Positions 45,391 through 64,000 of a DNA stretch of 64,000 bases are shown in pieces. Origin of the DNA: Octopus vulgaris (taxonomy: Eukaryota); the NCBI GenBank assembly GCA_951406725.2, contig OX597831.1, positions 18,476,001 through 18,540,000 of the forward strand, read 5' to 3'. Each line of letters begins with the position of its first letter. Position 1 is the stretch's first letter. The notes under the pieces are model-generated. The model searched no databases and was not told the origin of the DNA. It worked only from the letters and a program-made list of their open reading frames with translations. A program made the translations under genes and the position numbers.

Positions 45391-46512
45391 TAAATTCATA
45401 AATACAATTACAAATCGAAAATATGGTCTTCCAATATATTGGAGTACAAAGTGATCTAATGAAATTGTTATCGACATACTTTTAACTTTCTCTTGAGCAA
45501 CTTATTATTAAGACCAATAATAATCTTTTCTACCCAAGGCACAAGGCCCGAAGTTTTTGAGAGAGGGCCAGTCGATTAGATCGACCCCAGTACGCAGGTG
45601 GTACTAAAATTAATCGACCGCGAAAGTATGACAGGTAAAGTCATAATCTGCTGATAGGACCAATAATAATGTTGAGGCGATTTTTCAGATGAACAATGTT
45701 TCAAAATAAAATCAGTCTGTGTTATGAAAAACAATAAATCTTCAACATGTCCCTTATTCCTATCTGTGCGTGTTTGTGTGTGCGTGTGTGTGCATCCTTA
45801 TGCTTGCGCTTTCCCCCACCGCCACTACCACCACCATGACATGACAACTGATGAGCCTATATTTATATACCCGTAACTTAGCGACTTGGCAAGATAGAGA
45901 GAATAAGTCACAATACTTGCAAAATACTTGTACAGCGGTCGATTCATTCGATTACATTAGTTTAAGGCATTATGTATATACGTACATATGCATTTATGTG
46001 TAACTATATACTTATGTGTATACAATTCTCACTAAATCACACTAGAGTGTAAGGGAGTCTACATTGCTAGAAAGAAGAGCGAAAAAGCTCTAAAACTGTT
46101 AAGGCACATAACTGTATACATATGCACTGAAATCACTCGTAAACACCGATCGATGGGTCATTTTCCTTTAATTCCGTAGCTTCATCAGTGGAAACCGCTC
46201 GATTCGGCTTATATCGAACTTGATTCACTTTGCGAACGAATATCTATAATCAATCTTTTGCATACACACTACCGATTCACTAAATCATCCATGGATTGTT
46301 TTGGTGAATACATATGTACAGGCAGAGAGATTAGTCCGGAATCACGCGAATTGAGAGAGGATTTTCGGGCGATTAGAAGCCCTGTATATACATAAGTATA
46401 CAAGCATATGGTTTAACTACAGCATTAGAGCATTTTAGATCTAATTTCGAATAATTTAGTTGTTCTCACACCCTAGTCATAGTTAGTGACAATTATAGTT
46501 TACTTTCTACAC

Positions 46513-46599
<87 letters not shown>

Positions 46600-46604
<5 letters not shown>

Positions 46605-47159
46605 GATAAATCTCAGAGCGAGTTATAAACAGTGGCGGTAACACATCGTGACGCATATTTGACATTTGAATATGGCTAACCCCTAAGGGTGGATGCTACT
46701 GTAGTTTGTAGCCCCAGGATGATATCTCCTCCAGCTGGCTATAGACATACTATCTCTGTCCTCTCAGTATGTGTGAAGGGGAGTCATATTCAAATGGCAA
46801 ATATTAGTCACGATGTGCTACCGCTACTGTTTATAACTCGCTCTGAGATTTATCATTGTTTGATTTCACTTTTCCAATATCAGTGTCAACCGACACTGGA
46901 AAAAGTATATGTATTTGTGAAGGGAGCTGACTTCTCGTCGACAACCATGATTATCACACGCTGATGAAAGGTAAACACCTTCAAACACGGGTCCGTGTGT
47001 ATCATGAGTTGAAGACGGGGAGGATGACACTCCTTCACAAACATTGAGAGGACACAGATAGTGTGTCTATAGCCAGATGGAGGAGATATCTTCCTGGGGC
47101 TACAAACTACAGTAGCATCCACCCTTAGGGGTTAGCCATATTCGAAAGGCAAATATGGG

Positions 47160-47165
<6 letters not shown>
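46600..47165. mobile_element. Another rearranged (inverted) copy of the 353 bp hammerhead-containing repeat
   Basis: Same sequence as 15488-16512. The HHR at 46955-46999 has CAAAC in place of GAAAC, so it is probably inactive. Confidence 0.8.
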
Positions 47166-47220
<55 letters not shown>

Positions 47221-47224
<4 letters not shown>

Positions 47225-49030
47225 GTTGGCATCCTTTCTGTCTAGGGAGACAATGGAGTTGCGCATAAAGTAGTCTAGTCCGGCTTTTATATTTCATGTG
47301 CTGATACATTTCCTGCTGTGGCTGTGTAGTCCTATCCTGGACAAACTCTCCCTCTGGCAGGTACCGCAAATGTAGCGAAGACAGTTCCTGGCTGGTGGTA
47401 ATGCCATAGTCTCTTGTTGACGACTCTTCTTTTCTTTCCATTTCTCCTCTCTCTCTATGTCACTCTTTTGTATTCCCTCTTTTACGGTACGACGCCATTT
47501 TCCACGGTTGCCGGCAACTGCCTCCCAACCGCTAATATTGATGTTGCAGGCCTTCATGTCCCTTTTGCAAACATCCTTGTAACGTAAGATCGGTCTACCC
47601 ACAGACCTAGTACCCCTAGCAAGCTCTCCGTAGAGTATGTCCTTGGGGATTCTGCCATCTTTCATACGGCTAAAATGCCCAATCCATCTCATACATCTTT
47701 GTGTGAGGAGTGCAAACATGCTTGGTATTCCTGCTTGCCTGAGGACATCCTTGTTGGGGATATGATTCTGCCATTTGATGCGGAAAATTTTTCGGAGGCA
47801 GCGCAGGTGAAAGATGTTTAGGCGACGCTCTTGGCATGTGTATAGCGTCCAGGTCTCACTTCCATGCAGTAGAGTGCTGAGTACACATGCCTGATACATC
47901 TTCATTTTCGTGGTCTTGGTCAGCTTATTGTTGACCCAAGCCCGTTTGGAGAGTTGGGCCATCGCAGCAGCTGCCTTGCCAATGCGTATATTGAGCTCAG
48001 CGTCAAGGGAAAGGTTGTAGGTGACGGTGGAGCCCAGATAGATAAACTTCTCCACCTCTTGTAATCTGTGGTCTCCAATATGTATGTTTGGGATGTCCGA
48101 TGTAGCCTGGCTCATGATGTTGGTATTCTTAAGGCTGATAGCTAAGCCAAAGTCGTTACATGCTTGCTCAAAACAGTTAATGAGCCTTTGGAGGGCTTTT
48201 TCTGAGTGTGTTACCAGAGCAGCATCATCAGCAAATAACATCTCCTTGATCAGGATGTTTCTGATTTTGGTCTTGGCACGCAGGCGCGAGAGATTGAACA
48301 GTTTACCGTCGCTTCTACTATGCAGAAACAATCCATCATCTGATGTCTGAAAGGCATGTGAAAGTAAGAGCGAGAAGAAGATGCCAAGCAATGTAGGAGC
48401 GAGGACACAACCTTGCCTTACCCCGTTTTTTATTTGGAAGGTGGCTGATGTTGAACCGTCGTGCTGTATGGTGCCTTGCATGTCATCATGGAAAGACTTG
48501 ATGATCCTCAGCAGCTTTGGTGGACATCCTATTCTTTGGAGCAGGATGAAGAGGCCTGTTCTGCTTACCGAGTCAAAAGCCTCTGTTAGATCAATGAAGG
48601 CCATATACAATGGCATTTTCTGCTCTCTGCACTTCTCCTGAAGTTGGTGTATGGAGAATATCAAATCGATAGTTGATCTGTTCCTTCAAAGCCACACTGC
48701 GATTCCGGATAGATTCGAGAAGCAAGTAGTTGTAGCCTGGCCAGGGTAACGCGGGCAAGATCTTGACACTCTCGAGTGCCTGCCTCAGCCACTGTAGTCT
48801 CCCGTGAGTAGAGATCCTGGTAGTGCTCCACCCATCTATCCATTTGCTTGCATTGATCCCTGATGAGATCTCCAGTAGTTGATTTCAGAGGGGCTGACTT
48901 GGTTGCTGATGGACCGAGGGCCTTCTTCAATTCGGCATACATCCCACGGGTGTCGCCCCTGTCAGCAGCTGACTGGATACTCTGACAGATTTCCTGCCAA
49001 TAACGATTTGCACAGCGTCTGGCTGTCAGT
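47221..49030 (-). mobile_element. RTE-clade LINE, 5'-truncated
   Basis: The 456 aa ORF 47294..48664 has AFIDLTEAFDSV, GVRQGCVLAPTL, MLFADD and FIYLGS, the RTE-type C-terminus RIPKDILYGEL...GRPILRYKD, and a C2H2-like end. Upstream part is frameshifted (48661..48942). Confidence 0.92.
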
Positions 49031-49232
49031 TGGGTTTTATTTCGTGCCTTTCTGAGTATGTATATATATATATATATAAGTATGTATATATATATAAAGG
49101 CTTTACTCTTTTATTTATTTCAGTCATTTTACTGTGGCCATGCTGGAGCACCGCCTTCCGTCGAGCAAATCGATCACAGGACTTATTCCTTGCGATCCTA
49201 GTACTTATTCTATCAGTCTCTTTTGCCGAACC

Positions 49233-51520
49233 ACGGTCAAGAAGTGGGACCAGATGTGTGAGACACTTCACAAGCCGAGTTGTTCGGTAGGTGCGGGAGG
49301 CTGGATCATGGTGAGGCCCTTAGGGACTTCCTGTCTGGTGGTCCGCGTTTCTCAGCACGAGAGGCTGAGTGCTGTGAAGGGCCAATCACAGCCGAGGAGG
49401 TAATCGAGGTGTTGGGCAAGTGCCCCGAGGAGAAGTCGCCGGGTCTGGATGGTCTGCCCTAAGAATTTTATAAAAGTATCCCAGACTTGTTCGGGCACCT
49501 GCTGGCTAGGGTTTACGCCAACTTGCAGCAGAATGGGAGAATTCCCAAGTCTGCGAGCCGGGGGGTTGTGACTTTGATCAGGAAGGACCCGAGCATGGGG
49601 GACGAGATAGGAAACTTCAGGCCCATTACTCTGCTGAACACAGAGTTAAAGATTCTAGCAAAAAGGTTGGCACGGGTCGTGGACAAACTTGTCGGGGGAG
49701 CGCAAACGTGCGCTATCCCTGGCAGAACGATCCACGATAATCTCCACCTTATACGCTACTCCTTAGAGAGGGTGGGGAGCTTTCTGGCGCAGGGGGAGCA
49801 CTGGTACATTTAGACCAGTGTAAAGCATTTGATAGGGTCGACCATCGGTACTTGGCGGCGGTCCTCGGAGAAGCTGGCCTAGGCCCGTCCTTTCGAGGTT
49901 GGATCGCTGCTTTGTATAGCGACATCGAGTCTGTAGTCAAGGTGAACGGTTTATTTTCGAAGCCGTTCAGGATCGAGCGTTCAGTTCGTCGGGGGTGTCC
50001 CCTGTCTTCGCTCCTATACGTATTGGCTCTTGATCCTTTGCTGCGGAAGTTGGAGGCACTAGGGGGCGCGCCGCATGATCTATGGTGTGGAAGAGGAGCT
50101 ACGGCGTATGCGGATGACACCTCCAATCATCGTGGCAGACGAAGGCCAGCTTCCAGTGGTGGAAGAGACCATCAAAAGCTACGAGGCGGTGGCAGGAGCA
50201 AAGGTTAACAAGGACAAGTCGGTCGGTTTGCAACTCGGCACCTGGAGGGGCAAGCAGATGTCGTCCAATAACGTCGGGGGGCGTTGGACGGAAGGTCCTG
50301 TTAAGCTAGTCGTCGTCTGGATTGGTCCAGACCTCTAGATAGAGAAAAATTGGAGTGAGGTTGCCAGCAAGTTGACCGCTCTAACCCAAACCTGGTCTGG
50401 GTTGACGTTATCCCTGCTAGGGAAGGCGGAGGTGGTGCAGATGTTTATAGCATCAGTAATCACCTACCGTCTGACCGTGGTGCCTTGCCCCGATTTGTGG
50501 TTGAACAAGTTGGGGAGAATCCTTTTCCGCTTTTTGTGGAAAGGAGGAAAGCCACTTGTAAAGTGCTCTGTCTGCTGCCAGAAACAGCTAACTGGTGGGC
50601 TACGGATGCCTTGGCTGAGGATGCGAAAACTCGCGTTAAGGTTGAGGCACTTCTGGCTTTACCTGGATGGAGAGCCGGTGTGGTCACTGCACGTCCGGTT
50701 CTACCTTCTCCAGTTAACATCCCTAACGGACATCGGTGCATGGATCAAGCGGAAACTTAAACTGGGTGAATGGCATTTGGAGTGCCGTCAGGCGCTCCAG
50801 CTACTCTCTCGGGCGGGCAACGCCGGCAACAGGAGTTCCACTACGGATTTCTATAGTGGGTTAGTGGAACTTATGTCAGAAGACGCCTTTGGAGAATCCG
50901 TAGGCTACGATGAAAATCAGTTGGTCAACCTTTTCCGGAGGACGTTCGGGCCGGGGTATCTGGATAATTACTAGAATTCCCTGGCCTGGCAGTGTTTCCG
51001 TGCGGCTTTACCTGTTCGCAACAAGCTGTCAAGGCACGGAAGTGCCGTCTTGCCGACATGCCCGCTTTATGAGCAGGATAGGGAAACCGTCTTGCACGCA
51101 TTCGTGGAGTGTCCGGAGTTATCTGGACTGATAGCTTTTGCCGAACAACTGTTGTCAGTGATAAGAAGAGTACAGCTATCAGCTGAGTCTATCATCGAGA
51201 TTGTGCCGCCTCCTTTCCTTAACAGAGAGAGAAAAGCTTGTTTTTTTCTGTGTAGTAGCCATACTGAAAGAAACAGTATGGAAGGCGCGTACGAAAGGTA
51301 TAGTGACAGACAACTTTGTCTCCGGCCAGGGGTTGAATAACTTGTTTAGTTACCACCTCAGTAGCAAAATCTGGCTGGAGAAGAGGTGTCTATCACGAGA
51401 TATGTTTGTGAAAAGATGGAAGCCTGTGGCATGCAAGCTAGGTATGTGTAGCACCAGGTAAGTGTGACCGGATCAAAAAGTAGAGGTCCTACCCGGATGG
51501 CTGGGTGTCTGTCCCACATG
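49233..51520 (+). mobile_element. Tx1/L1-like LINE ORF2 (RT plus C-terminal Cys region), degenerate
   Basis: KSPGLDGLP*EFY, NFRPITLLNTELKILAK, KAFDRVDH, SVRRGCPLSSLLY, AYADD, CPLY...ETVLHAFVEC across frameshifted ORFs. GC-richer than the flanks. Confidence 0.88.
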
Positions 51521-52490
51521 TTACCTGAAAAATTTGAATTTTGTCCGACTTTTATATAACAGGGCGGCCACTACCTCTACAGGATCTACTTCCGGTGGTG
51601 CTTCTGCAATCCTGACCCAGGACGTCCTGCGTCCCCTATAGGTTGGCAGAAGTACCACCTCCTTGGTTTTTAGGGGATTCACAGAATGCCTGCGGGCCAC
51701 CTCTTCCCCCGAGAAGCGGACCTCCACAGTGATATATGCCCGTCCCCTGGTGACAGACACAATGACCTTCCAAATCGGGGACAGGCATTTCTCGATAGTA
51801 TTCTTTTCAAAATGTTTGAACATTCTGCTTTGTGGACAGAAGGTTTTTAAACACTACGGTCCGCTTCTCGGTCTCCACGATACTGGCGGAGGGTGATATT
51901 TTAACATCACCACCCTCCTCTTTCATTCTCTTAAATAGCTCGACGAGCTATTGATGTCAATGTTCTCGGTTGCCACTGCGGCTACCGCCCAAACTTTTTT
52001 ACTACAGTTATCAACATTGCTCTCCTCTAGAGCACTATTTTCGTGAATAATCTCAACAGACACTATTCTGTTGAAATTAGTATTAGACAACACAAAAAAT
52101 ACAAATATTGGTTTCACACAAAACTGGGAAAACTATAAAAAGTTTTTCTTGCAAGCAGTTCAATGAGTGGTAAAAAGCAGTTCAAAAATTTCAATTCCCA
52201 CTCCCATTCGTGGGAGGGACACGAAAATAGTCTGGCAAGACTATATACAGTCACGAAGATAAAAAGTCACAATGGCTAACAGTCCAACAGTAACAAATTA
52301 TCCAATTATTCCCCGGTAAAACCGGAGAACAAGACAGTTCAACAACGTTCAAAAACAAATTTTCAGTAGTAAAATTCAACAAGTTCCAGATAGTACGAAG
52401 TAATATTAACAACACAGCAAAACTCTTACCGGGAAGAAAACGCGTCCAAACCGTAGTAAGGTAAGCCAAGACACTCTTCAGTCAGTAAGG
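51521..52490 (-). mobile_element. Probable 5' UTR/ORF1 portion of a Tx1-like LINE in the opposite orientation
   Basis: ORF 51521..51823 (VEVRF...LLPTYRGRRTSWVRIAEAPPEV) resembles Tx1-type ORF1 by memory. It abuts the ORF2 3' end. The assignment is inference. Confidence 0.45.
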
Positions 52491-52540
52491 TTAGCAAGCT
52501 ACTTACCACACAGCCACTCCAACGCCTATGTTAGAAAGAC

Positions 52541-52653
52541 TTTTACAGTACCTAGGTTTCCCAAGCGGTCAGCCATCTAAGTAGCAACTAGGCTCGACTT
52601 AACTTCGAAGATCGCACGAGAAGCGATGTTTGCAAAGTGATATGGCCATAAAC
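52541..52653 (-). pseudogene. 5S rRNA pseudogene
   Basis: Minus strand ggccatatcac...tctcgtgcgatcttcgaagttaag[deletion]tcgagcc...tacttagatggctgaccgcttgggaaac matches metazoan 5S rRNA with several substitutions and a small deletion. Confidence 0.8.
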
Positions 52654-52688
52654 ATATATCTATATCTATATCTATCTATCTATATCTA

Positions 52689-52756
<68 letters not shown>

Positions 52757-52794
52757 AGGCCAAAGAGGGTACGGGCCTCGCTATATATATTATG

Positions 52795-53145
52795 TGTAGA
52801 AAAATACAAACTGGGACAAGAACGTAAAACATTTAGAAGACGATACAAAAACACGGACGGGACATTCGAAGCCTTCAATCTTCAGTCAAGAACCGGATCA
52901 TCCTCGCAATTTCGGCTGATTAATCTTGAGATCGCTCCGATCCTTTTTCCAAGAAATCTAATGCTCGTAGCTTAGTTTTTCCTTGGGGCTGGCCGGATCG
53001 GAGCGATCTAAAGATTAATCAGCCAAAATTACTAGGATGATCCGTTTCTTGACTGAAGATTGAAGGCTTCGAATGTCCCGTTCGTGTTTTTTGTATCGTC
53101 TTCTAAATGTTTTACGTTCTTGTCCCAATTTGTATTTTTCTACAT
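52795..53145. repeat. ~350 bp foldback: ~150 bp inverted arms around a ~50 bp spacer
   Basis: tgtagaaaaatacaaactgggacaagaacg...gatcgctccgatc is inverted as gatcggagcgatc...cgttcttgtcccaatttgtatttttctaca. The mirror ORFs 52688 and 53015 reflect this. Confidence 0.85.
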
Positions 53146-53159
53146 TTAATATATATATA

Positions 53160-54451
53160 CGAGGGGCGTTCAATAAGTAATGCCCCTGACCCACTTCCCA
53201 TAGAAGTAGAGCAACAAAAGTTGTCACAGTTATTAGTCTTTTTCTACATAGGAATCACCCAGAGTTACACATTTCTCCCATCGTTTGAGGCAACTCTGGA
53301 GACCGTTTTTGTAGAAGACCCCAGCTTGGTCCTCAAACCACGACGTGACTTCAGAAATCAAGGCTGCATCATCTGGGAAACGCTTTCCTTTCAAAAACAA
53401 CTTCATGGGTAGGAAGAGGTGAAAATCAGAGGTTACAAGGTAAGGAGAGTAGGGGGATGGGGGAGGAGTTCATAGCCGCACGCCTGTGCTTCTGATCTGG
53501 CGATACGCGAGTTGTAGACCGGAGCATTGTCCTGCAGGAGGAGGATGCCTTTGCTGATCTTACCCCGCCTCTTGATTTTGATAGCTTCTCTTAATTTCCT
53601 CAAAAGTGAAGCATTATAGGCTCCTGTAATTGTGGTACCCATTGCCAGGAAATTTGTCATCACTACTCCATCCTGGTCCCAGAAGACTGTGAGTATAACC
53701 TTGCCAGCGGAGGGCTGCACCCTTGCCTTCTTTGGAGGAGGTGAGTCACGGAGCTTCCACTGCATTGACTGGGCTTTGGTCTATGGATTATAGTGACGGA
53801 CCCAGGTTTCATCCTGTGTAATCAGTCTTTTGAAAAGTTTTGACTCATCTTCTTGGCACATCTCCAAATTCATCCTCGAGCACTCAACGCGTTCTTGCTT
53901 CTCGAAAGGCGTGAGCAACCTGGGAATCCATCTGGCAGACACCTTTTGCATATGCAAATGGTCATGAATGATAGTTTCCACAGACCCGGTACTAAACCTG
54001 ACCTCATGGGCTATTTGGCGAATAGTTATGTGTCGATCTTCCAAATTGGCAGCCTCAACTTGACGGACAGATGCCTCATCAATGGCAGAAGGGGGGTGAC
54101 CAGATCTGGGAGCTGTTTCCACAGAGTTCCGACCATGTTTGAATTCACAATGCCAGCGATTTACAAGGTCATATGATGGGGCCTCATCACCATAAGTTAC
54201 TTCCATTTCATCAAAAGTCTCCCGTGGTGTGCGTCCTTTCAAATACAAAAACCAGATCACTGCTCGACACTCAACAGGCTCCATTTCACACTTGACTCAG
54301 TTCAAACACCTGTAAATCAGAAACCACAATTAGTTCAGAGCTGTAATTTTCCACTTAATTTATAGAGGTATGAATAATTGCACATGTAAATTTTCAGCTA
54401 GATCAACCAACTGCAAGTGGGTCAGAGGCATTACTTATTGAACGCCCCTCG
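53160..54451 (-). mobile_element. Full-length mariner transposon (1292 bp, irritans-like) with a disrupted transposase
   Basis: TIRs cgaggggcgttcaataagtaatgcc.ctgacccactt with TA on both sides. Transposase from 54284 has SARWIPRLL, ITQDETWV, LLQDNAP, HPP. In-frame TAG at 53781-53783 and a frameshift near the YSPDL motif. Confidence 0.95.
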
Positions 54452-55875
54452 TATATATTTGTTTATGTATGTTTATGTATATACCTAAAATTACGTATAC
54501 AAAGATATATATATATATAAGAAATGTACACATGTATATATATATATATATATATATACATACACACACACAGTCACGCGAAACTGAAACTCACTATCCA
54601 CACACATACACCCGTATAATATAATTGTTTGTGCTCCTTAACAGTGACAGCAATATCGACGGACATTAATGGCGGTGCCGACAAAACTAATTTGTATTAT
54701 ACGCGAAAAATCCCATACCAAGCTTGTTGCAAGTTATATTGACAGGAAGTTAACATTTTCAATATTATGAATCCATCAAATATATGAAAATGGAATCGTT
54801 TTGCTATTACTAGTTACCGAGGAGGAGAACAAAAATGAAAACATGTTTCATAATTATTTTGTCTCTGCAGCAAGTAATCTGTTGACGCAACTGTCTTTTC
54901 TTAATCTCAAATATTTAATTTTGGTATATGCTTTAACATATGCTACCTCGATCTATTTTGATATATTATCTTTTATTACAATTTATTATATTGTATTAGT
55001 GTGGAGGATTTTTTAATTGTATATACGACACATGAAAATTTGTGTTTCTCCGATTTAAGCTGCCGGAAACTATAAATTCACTTTTAGTGAGAAATATTAT
55101 TACAGAGCGTATTACAAACATTTGAGGAGAAATATATATATTTAGTCTCCTTTTTTTTATTCATATGTTTCATAATGAATGCTTTAAACAAAATGTACAC
55201 AACGGTAATGTCTATTATATTCTCAAAGATCAAAAAGTAGCAATCTGGCAGAAAAGTTAGAAAATTTTGTCCGTTTACGCCCTGAGTTCAAATTCCGCCA
55301 AGAGTGATTTTGTCTTCCGAATTTTCGGGATCGATAGTCAATTACAGCAATGCCGGTGCTGAATTTGTACCTATTTTATCAAAAAGAAAAGGCAGATTAA
55401 ATGCAAATTCATTGTGACAAAATTTGAACTCCGAACGTAATGCAGTACAGGAAGGTTTGCCCTGTGTGCTATCGGTCCTGCCAATTCTCTTTAATAATAT
55501 AAATAACAGACATTAGCATAGTGTACTTCTTGTCTCTTATACTAGAATCATTCCTTACAAAACTTATGAATACAAAATGTAGAGTAAGTACACATTTTTC
55601 TCCTTAAATGTATGTAACACCCTCTGTAATATCCATTTTCAGGGAAAGTGGATTAATTTATTTTCGGCATCTTAAACTTGTAAGTACATAAATATTTAAC
55701 GTCGCAGATATAAAATTAAAGCGTCAAATAATTCACTATGCTAATAACATTACTCAAAAAATGTCATGAAAGATAATATTTGGAAACAGTTCGAACTAAC
55801 ATATGTTACAGCATCTTCTAAATAAATCTATTTAAGGATAAGTAAAGAATTGCGTGTTGTAGAGACTGAATCACT

Positions 55876-61507
<5,632 letters not shown>

Positions 61508-62502
61508 ACTATTTTATCGTAATTTTAACTGCTTTATAACTCATGCAAATTGTAATTTACCACGGAGGATATAGCTAATGCAACATACCATTTTTGCAAC
61601 ATAACGTTATACAGAGAATGTCTGTGTAATACAGATTTATGACATTTGTCAAATATTTGATCAACTACATAATAACATTCCTAGTTTAATATAAAATAAG
61701 TTAACGTACCCATTATTACTTGTATTAGTATTATTAACCAACTGGCTCAATGCTACCACAATAACACACCTGTGTTATTCTGAAGATTTTACTAAAACTA
61801 CAGTCATGTGACTATGGAATACGTCATCACAGTTATGTGAATGAAAACATAGTAACAACATTTTTATTTCAATTTTACTTTTAATTAAACCATGAAAATT
61901 CAATATCTAGTAACTTATTTTATGGTTTTACTGCAACCAAGAGGAAGATAGCGACCACGCTGGAGTTCTGTGTACGTAATTTCCATTACTCTGGTTTTCG
62001 TAAAATTGCAGGAACGTTCTTCAGGAATTGCAAAATAGTAAAGACCCCAGGGAATACTGAAACTAATGTACTTTCACCCCAGGTATACCATTCAATTGCT
62101 TTGGCAATATATTCAAAATTTGCAGGCCAACTCACTTACGTATACAGTTTATTAAAATAATGGTTTCAATTACAAAATTTCTATGTAGATTGCTACAGAT
62201 AATTATAAGGATTATAGTTATTATGTATAAGGCATCGAGCTTCCATAATCTTTAGCACATTTGGCGAAATGCTCAGCGGTATTTTGCCTGTCTCTGCATT
62301 CTGAGTTCAAATTCTCCCTAGATCGAAATTACATTTCATCCTTTCAAGGCTGATAAAATTCGTAATGGAAGGAACATAAACCTTTCACAGACTCGTCTGC
62401 TGGCTACCCTACCCGGATGTGGGTTTCATATTTCCAGCATCTTTGTCTCACATGTAGTACTACTTCTCTCTCCGGTTGTTTCTATGAACACTGAACGCCT
62501 CA

Positions 62503-62680
62503 GCTACCACAATAACACACCTGTGTTATTCTGATGACCTCACAGGCTTTCTAGGTGGTGGTAGTATGAATGTGATATCAACATTTTTATTTCAATTTTA
62601 CTTTTAATTAAACCATGAAAATTCAATATCTAGTAACTTATTTTATGGTTTTACTGCAACCAAGAGGAAGATAGCGACCA
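62503..62680 (+). repeat. Local duplication of the gene C 3' UTR/poly(A)-signal region
   Basis: gctaccacaataacacacctgtgttattctga and a ~100 bp identical block (acatttttatttc...gatagcgaccac) repeat 61752-61958. Confidence 0.8.
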
Positions 62681-64000
62681 CTCGTCCTAAGATTAACCTA
62701 TGACACTTCATTATGTCGATGCTTATAACTTGAGTAGTTTCTGCTTCAGGGGGCATGAATGAGAAAGGCCATCCATGATAATTTCATTATCGAAGAAGCA
62801 TCACATGGCACACAGAATTGCCTGGACTTTACGTACACGAAATCTAGAACAGGCATGTGAAAAGTGATTGTACATGTAATACTTGTTAGTATAAATACTT
62901 CGTTGAAAATCTATATTGTCAAGTCCAATTAGAAATTACACAAGAAAAACCAAGGAGCAGCCATCTTTGTCAGTGTAACTGGGGGCGTAGCCTACATTTT
63001 CATCACATAGGACGACAAAAAATGCAGGTAATCCTTAGTTGTGATAGTTGTAATACTATTGTGCAGATATGTAGAGGATATCAACAATATCATTACGACA
63101 GTCCTATTGATGATTCTTCGGACGCCTAGGGAATTACGATGGAGTACATTAAGAGTATAGCTAACTCCATCGACCAGAGTATGAAGGTAGCGATAACCTA
63201 CTACACTAAGCACCAGAGCAACATATTTCCTGTTTTAGTTACAGGACTTTAGTTACAGATTACGAACAAGTCCCAACACTTCCACAGCGTTTATATAAAA
63301 CTCAGAGCTTCCAAATACGTCCTTTATAAGAATTCAGTTTTATCACTCAATAAGAGAACAAGTATATACATGGCGGATTTCGTCAGGATAATGAAGAACA
63401 TATTTCCCTTTTCAGACCCTGTGAAATAAGGTGGCATGCACAGGACTTTATGTTTAGTATGCATTTCGCAGTCTACGACGGGTCATATTGGCGAAATGGA
63501 ATATATATTCATATATCTATTTGTATATGGACACATTACCATCCCTAACACATTTTTGAATCGATCCAGCCTACATGCAATGTATAGTTTGATATATAAA
63601 CACATGTATTCTTTCCTTTAAAATGATAAAGGAACGTTAGAGCAGTTCAAGGCAAAAGAGATGCTACAATAAATGTTTGTTTACGAAAATGCGGAAGTGA
63701 GGATTCGAGCCTGATATTGCATTTAATAACTTTTGCAGGTTAACAATTCACAAGATGATTCCAATACATTAAAATGCATAACGCTTCATGGTTGCAAGAT
63801 CATGAGCATATATTGTACAGATATATGTATAGTTTAATACCGTCCATATGGTGCTTATTACACTTTCCATTCCATACATTTTCAAAAAAATATGCTAAAA
63901 TAGATTTACATAAATGCTGATCTGAGTGTAAAATATGTTTGTCACGAAAGAGAGAGAGGAATTTATATCATTCACAGCAAAAAAAAAACGGTTGTTAAGT

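Noticed and set aside
53045-53085. Hammerhead core in the foldback element (CTGAAGA...GAAT), and ctgatgaaggaaacg at ~34780
   Set aside because: The first lacks the GAAA core. The second has no stem II. At best these are degenerate relics.

Overview
This is AT-rich, microsatellite-dense eukaryotic DNA. The SINE, LINE and Penelope repeat types suggest an octopus (coleoid cephalopod); this is an inference. Most of the window is decayed transposable elements: R4/Dong-like, RTE and Tx1-like LINEs, Penelope-like fragments with hammerhead ribozymes, two mariner copies, Helitron-like elements and tRNA-derived SINEs, plus a 5S rRNA pseudogene. Hidden among them, and absent from the ORF track as spliced products, is a head-to-tail array of three paralogous + strand genes built from tiny exons (36-103 nt, intron phases 1-2-0-0). 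Each encodes a small protein with a signal peptide and a six-cysteine domain (C-x6/7-C-x14-C-x8-C-x7-C-x9-C). Genes A (7444-26057) and B (31349-41460) end in a GPI-signal-like hydrophobic tail. Gene C (55876-61489+) has lost the tail exon by deletion. Gene A has a duplicated, multibasic stalk microexon. I do not recognise the protein family. All exon models were read by hand from splice signals and cross-paralog conservation, with no transcript evidence.
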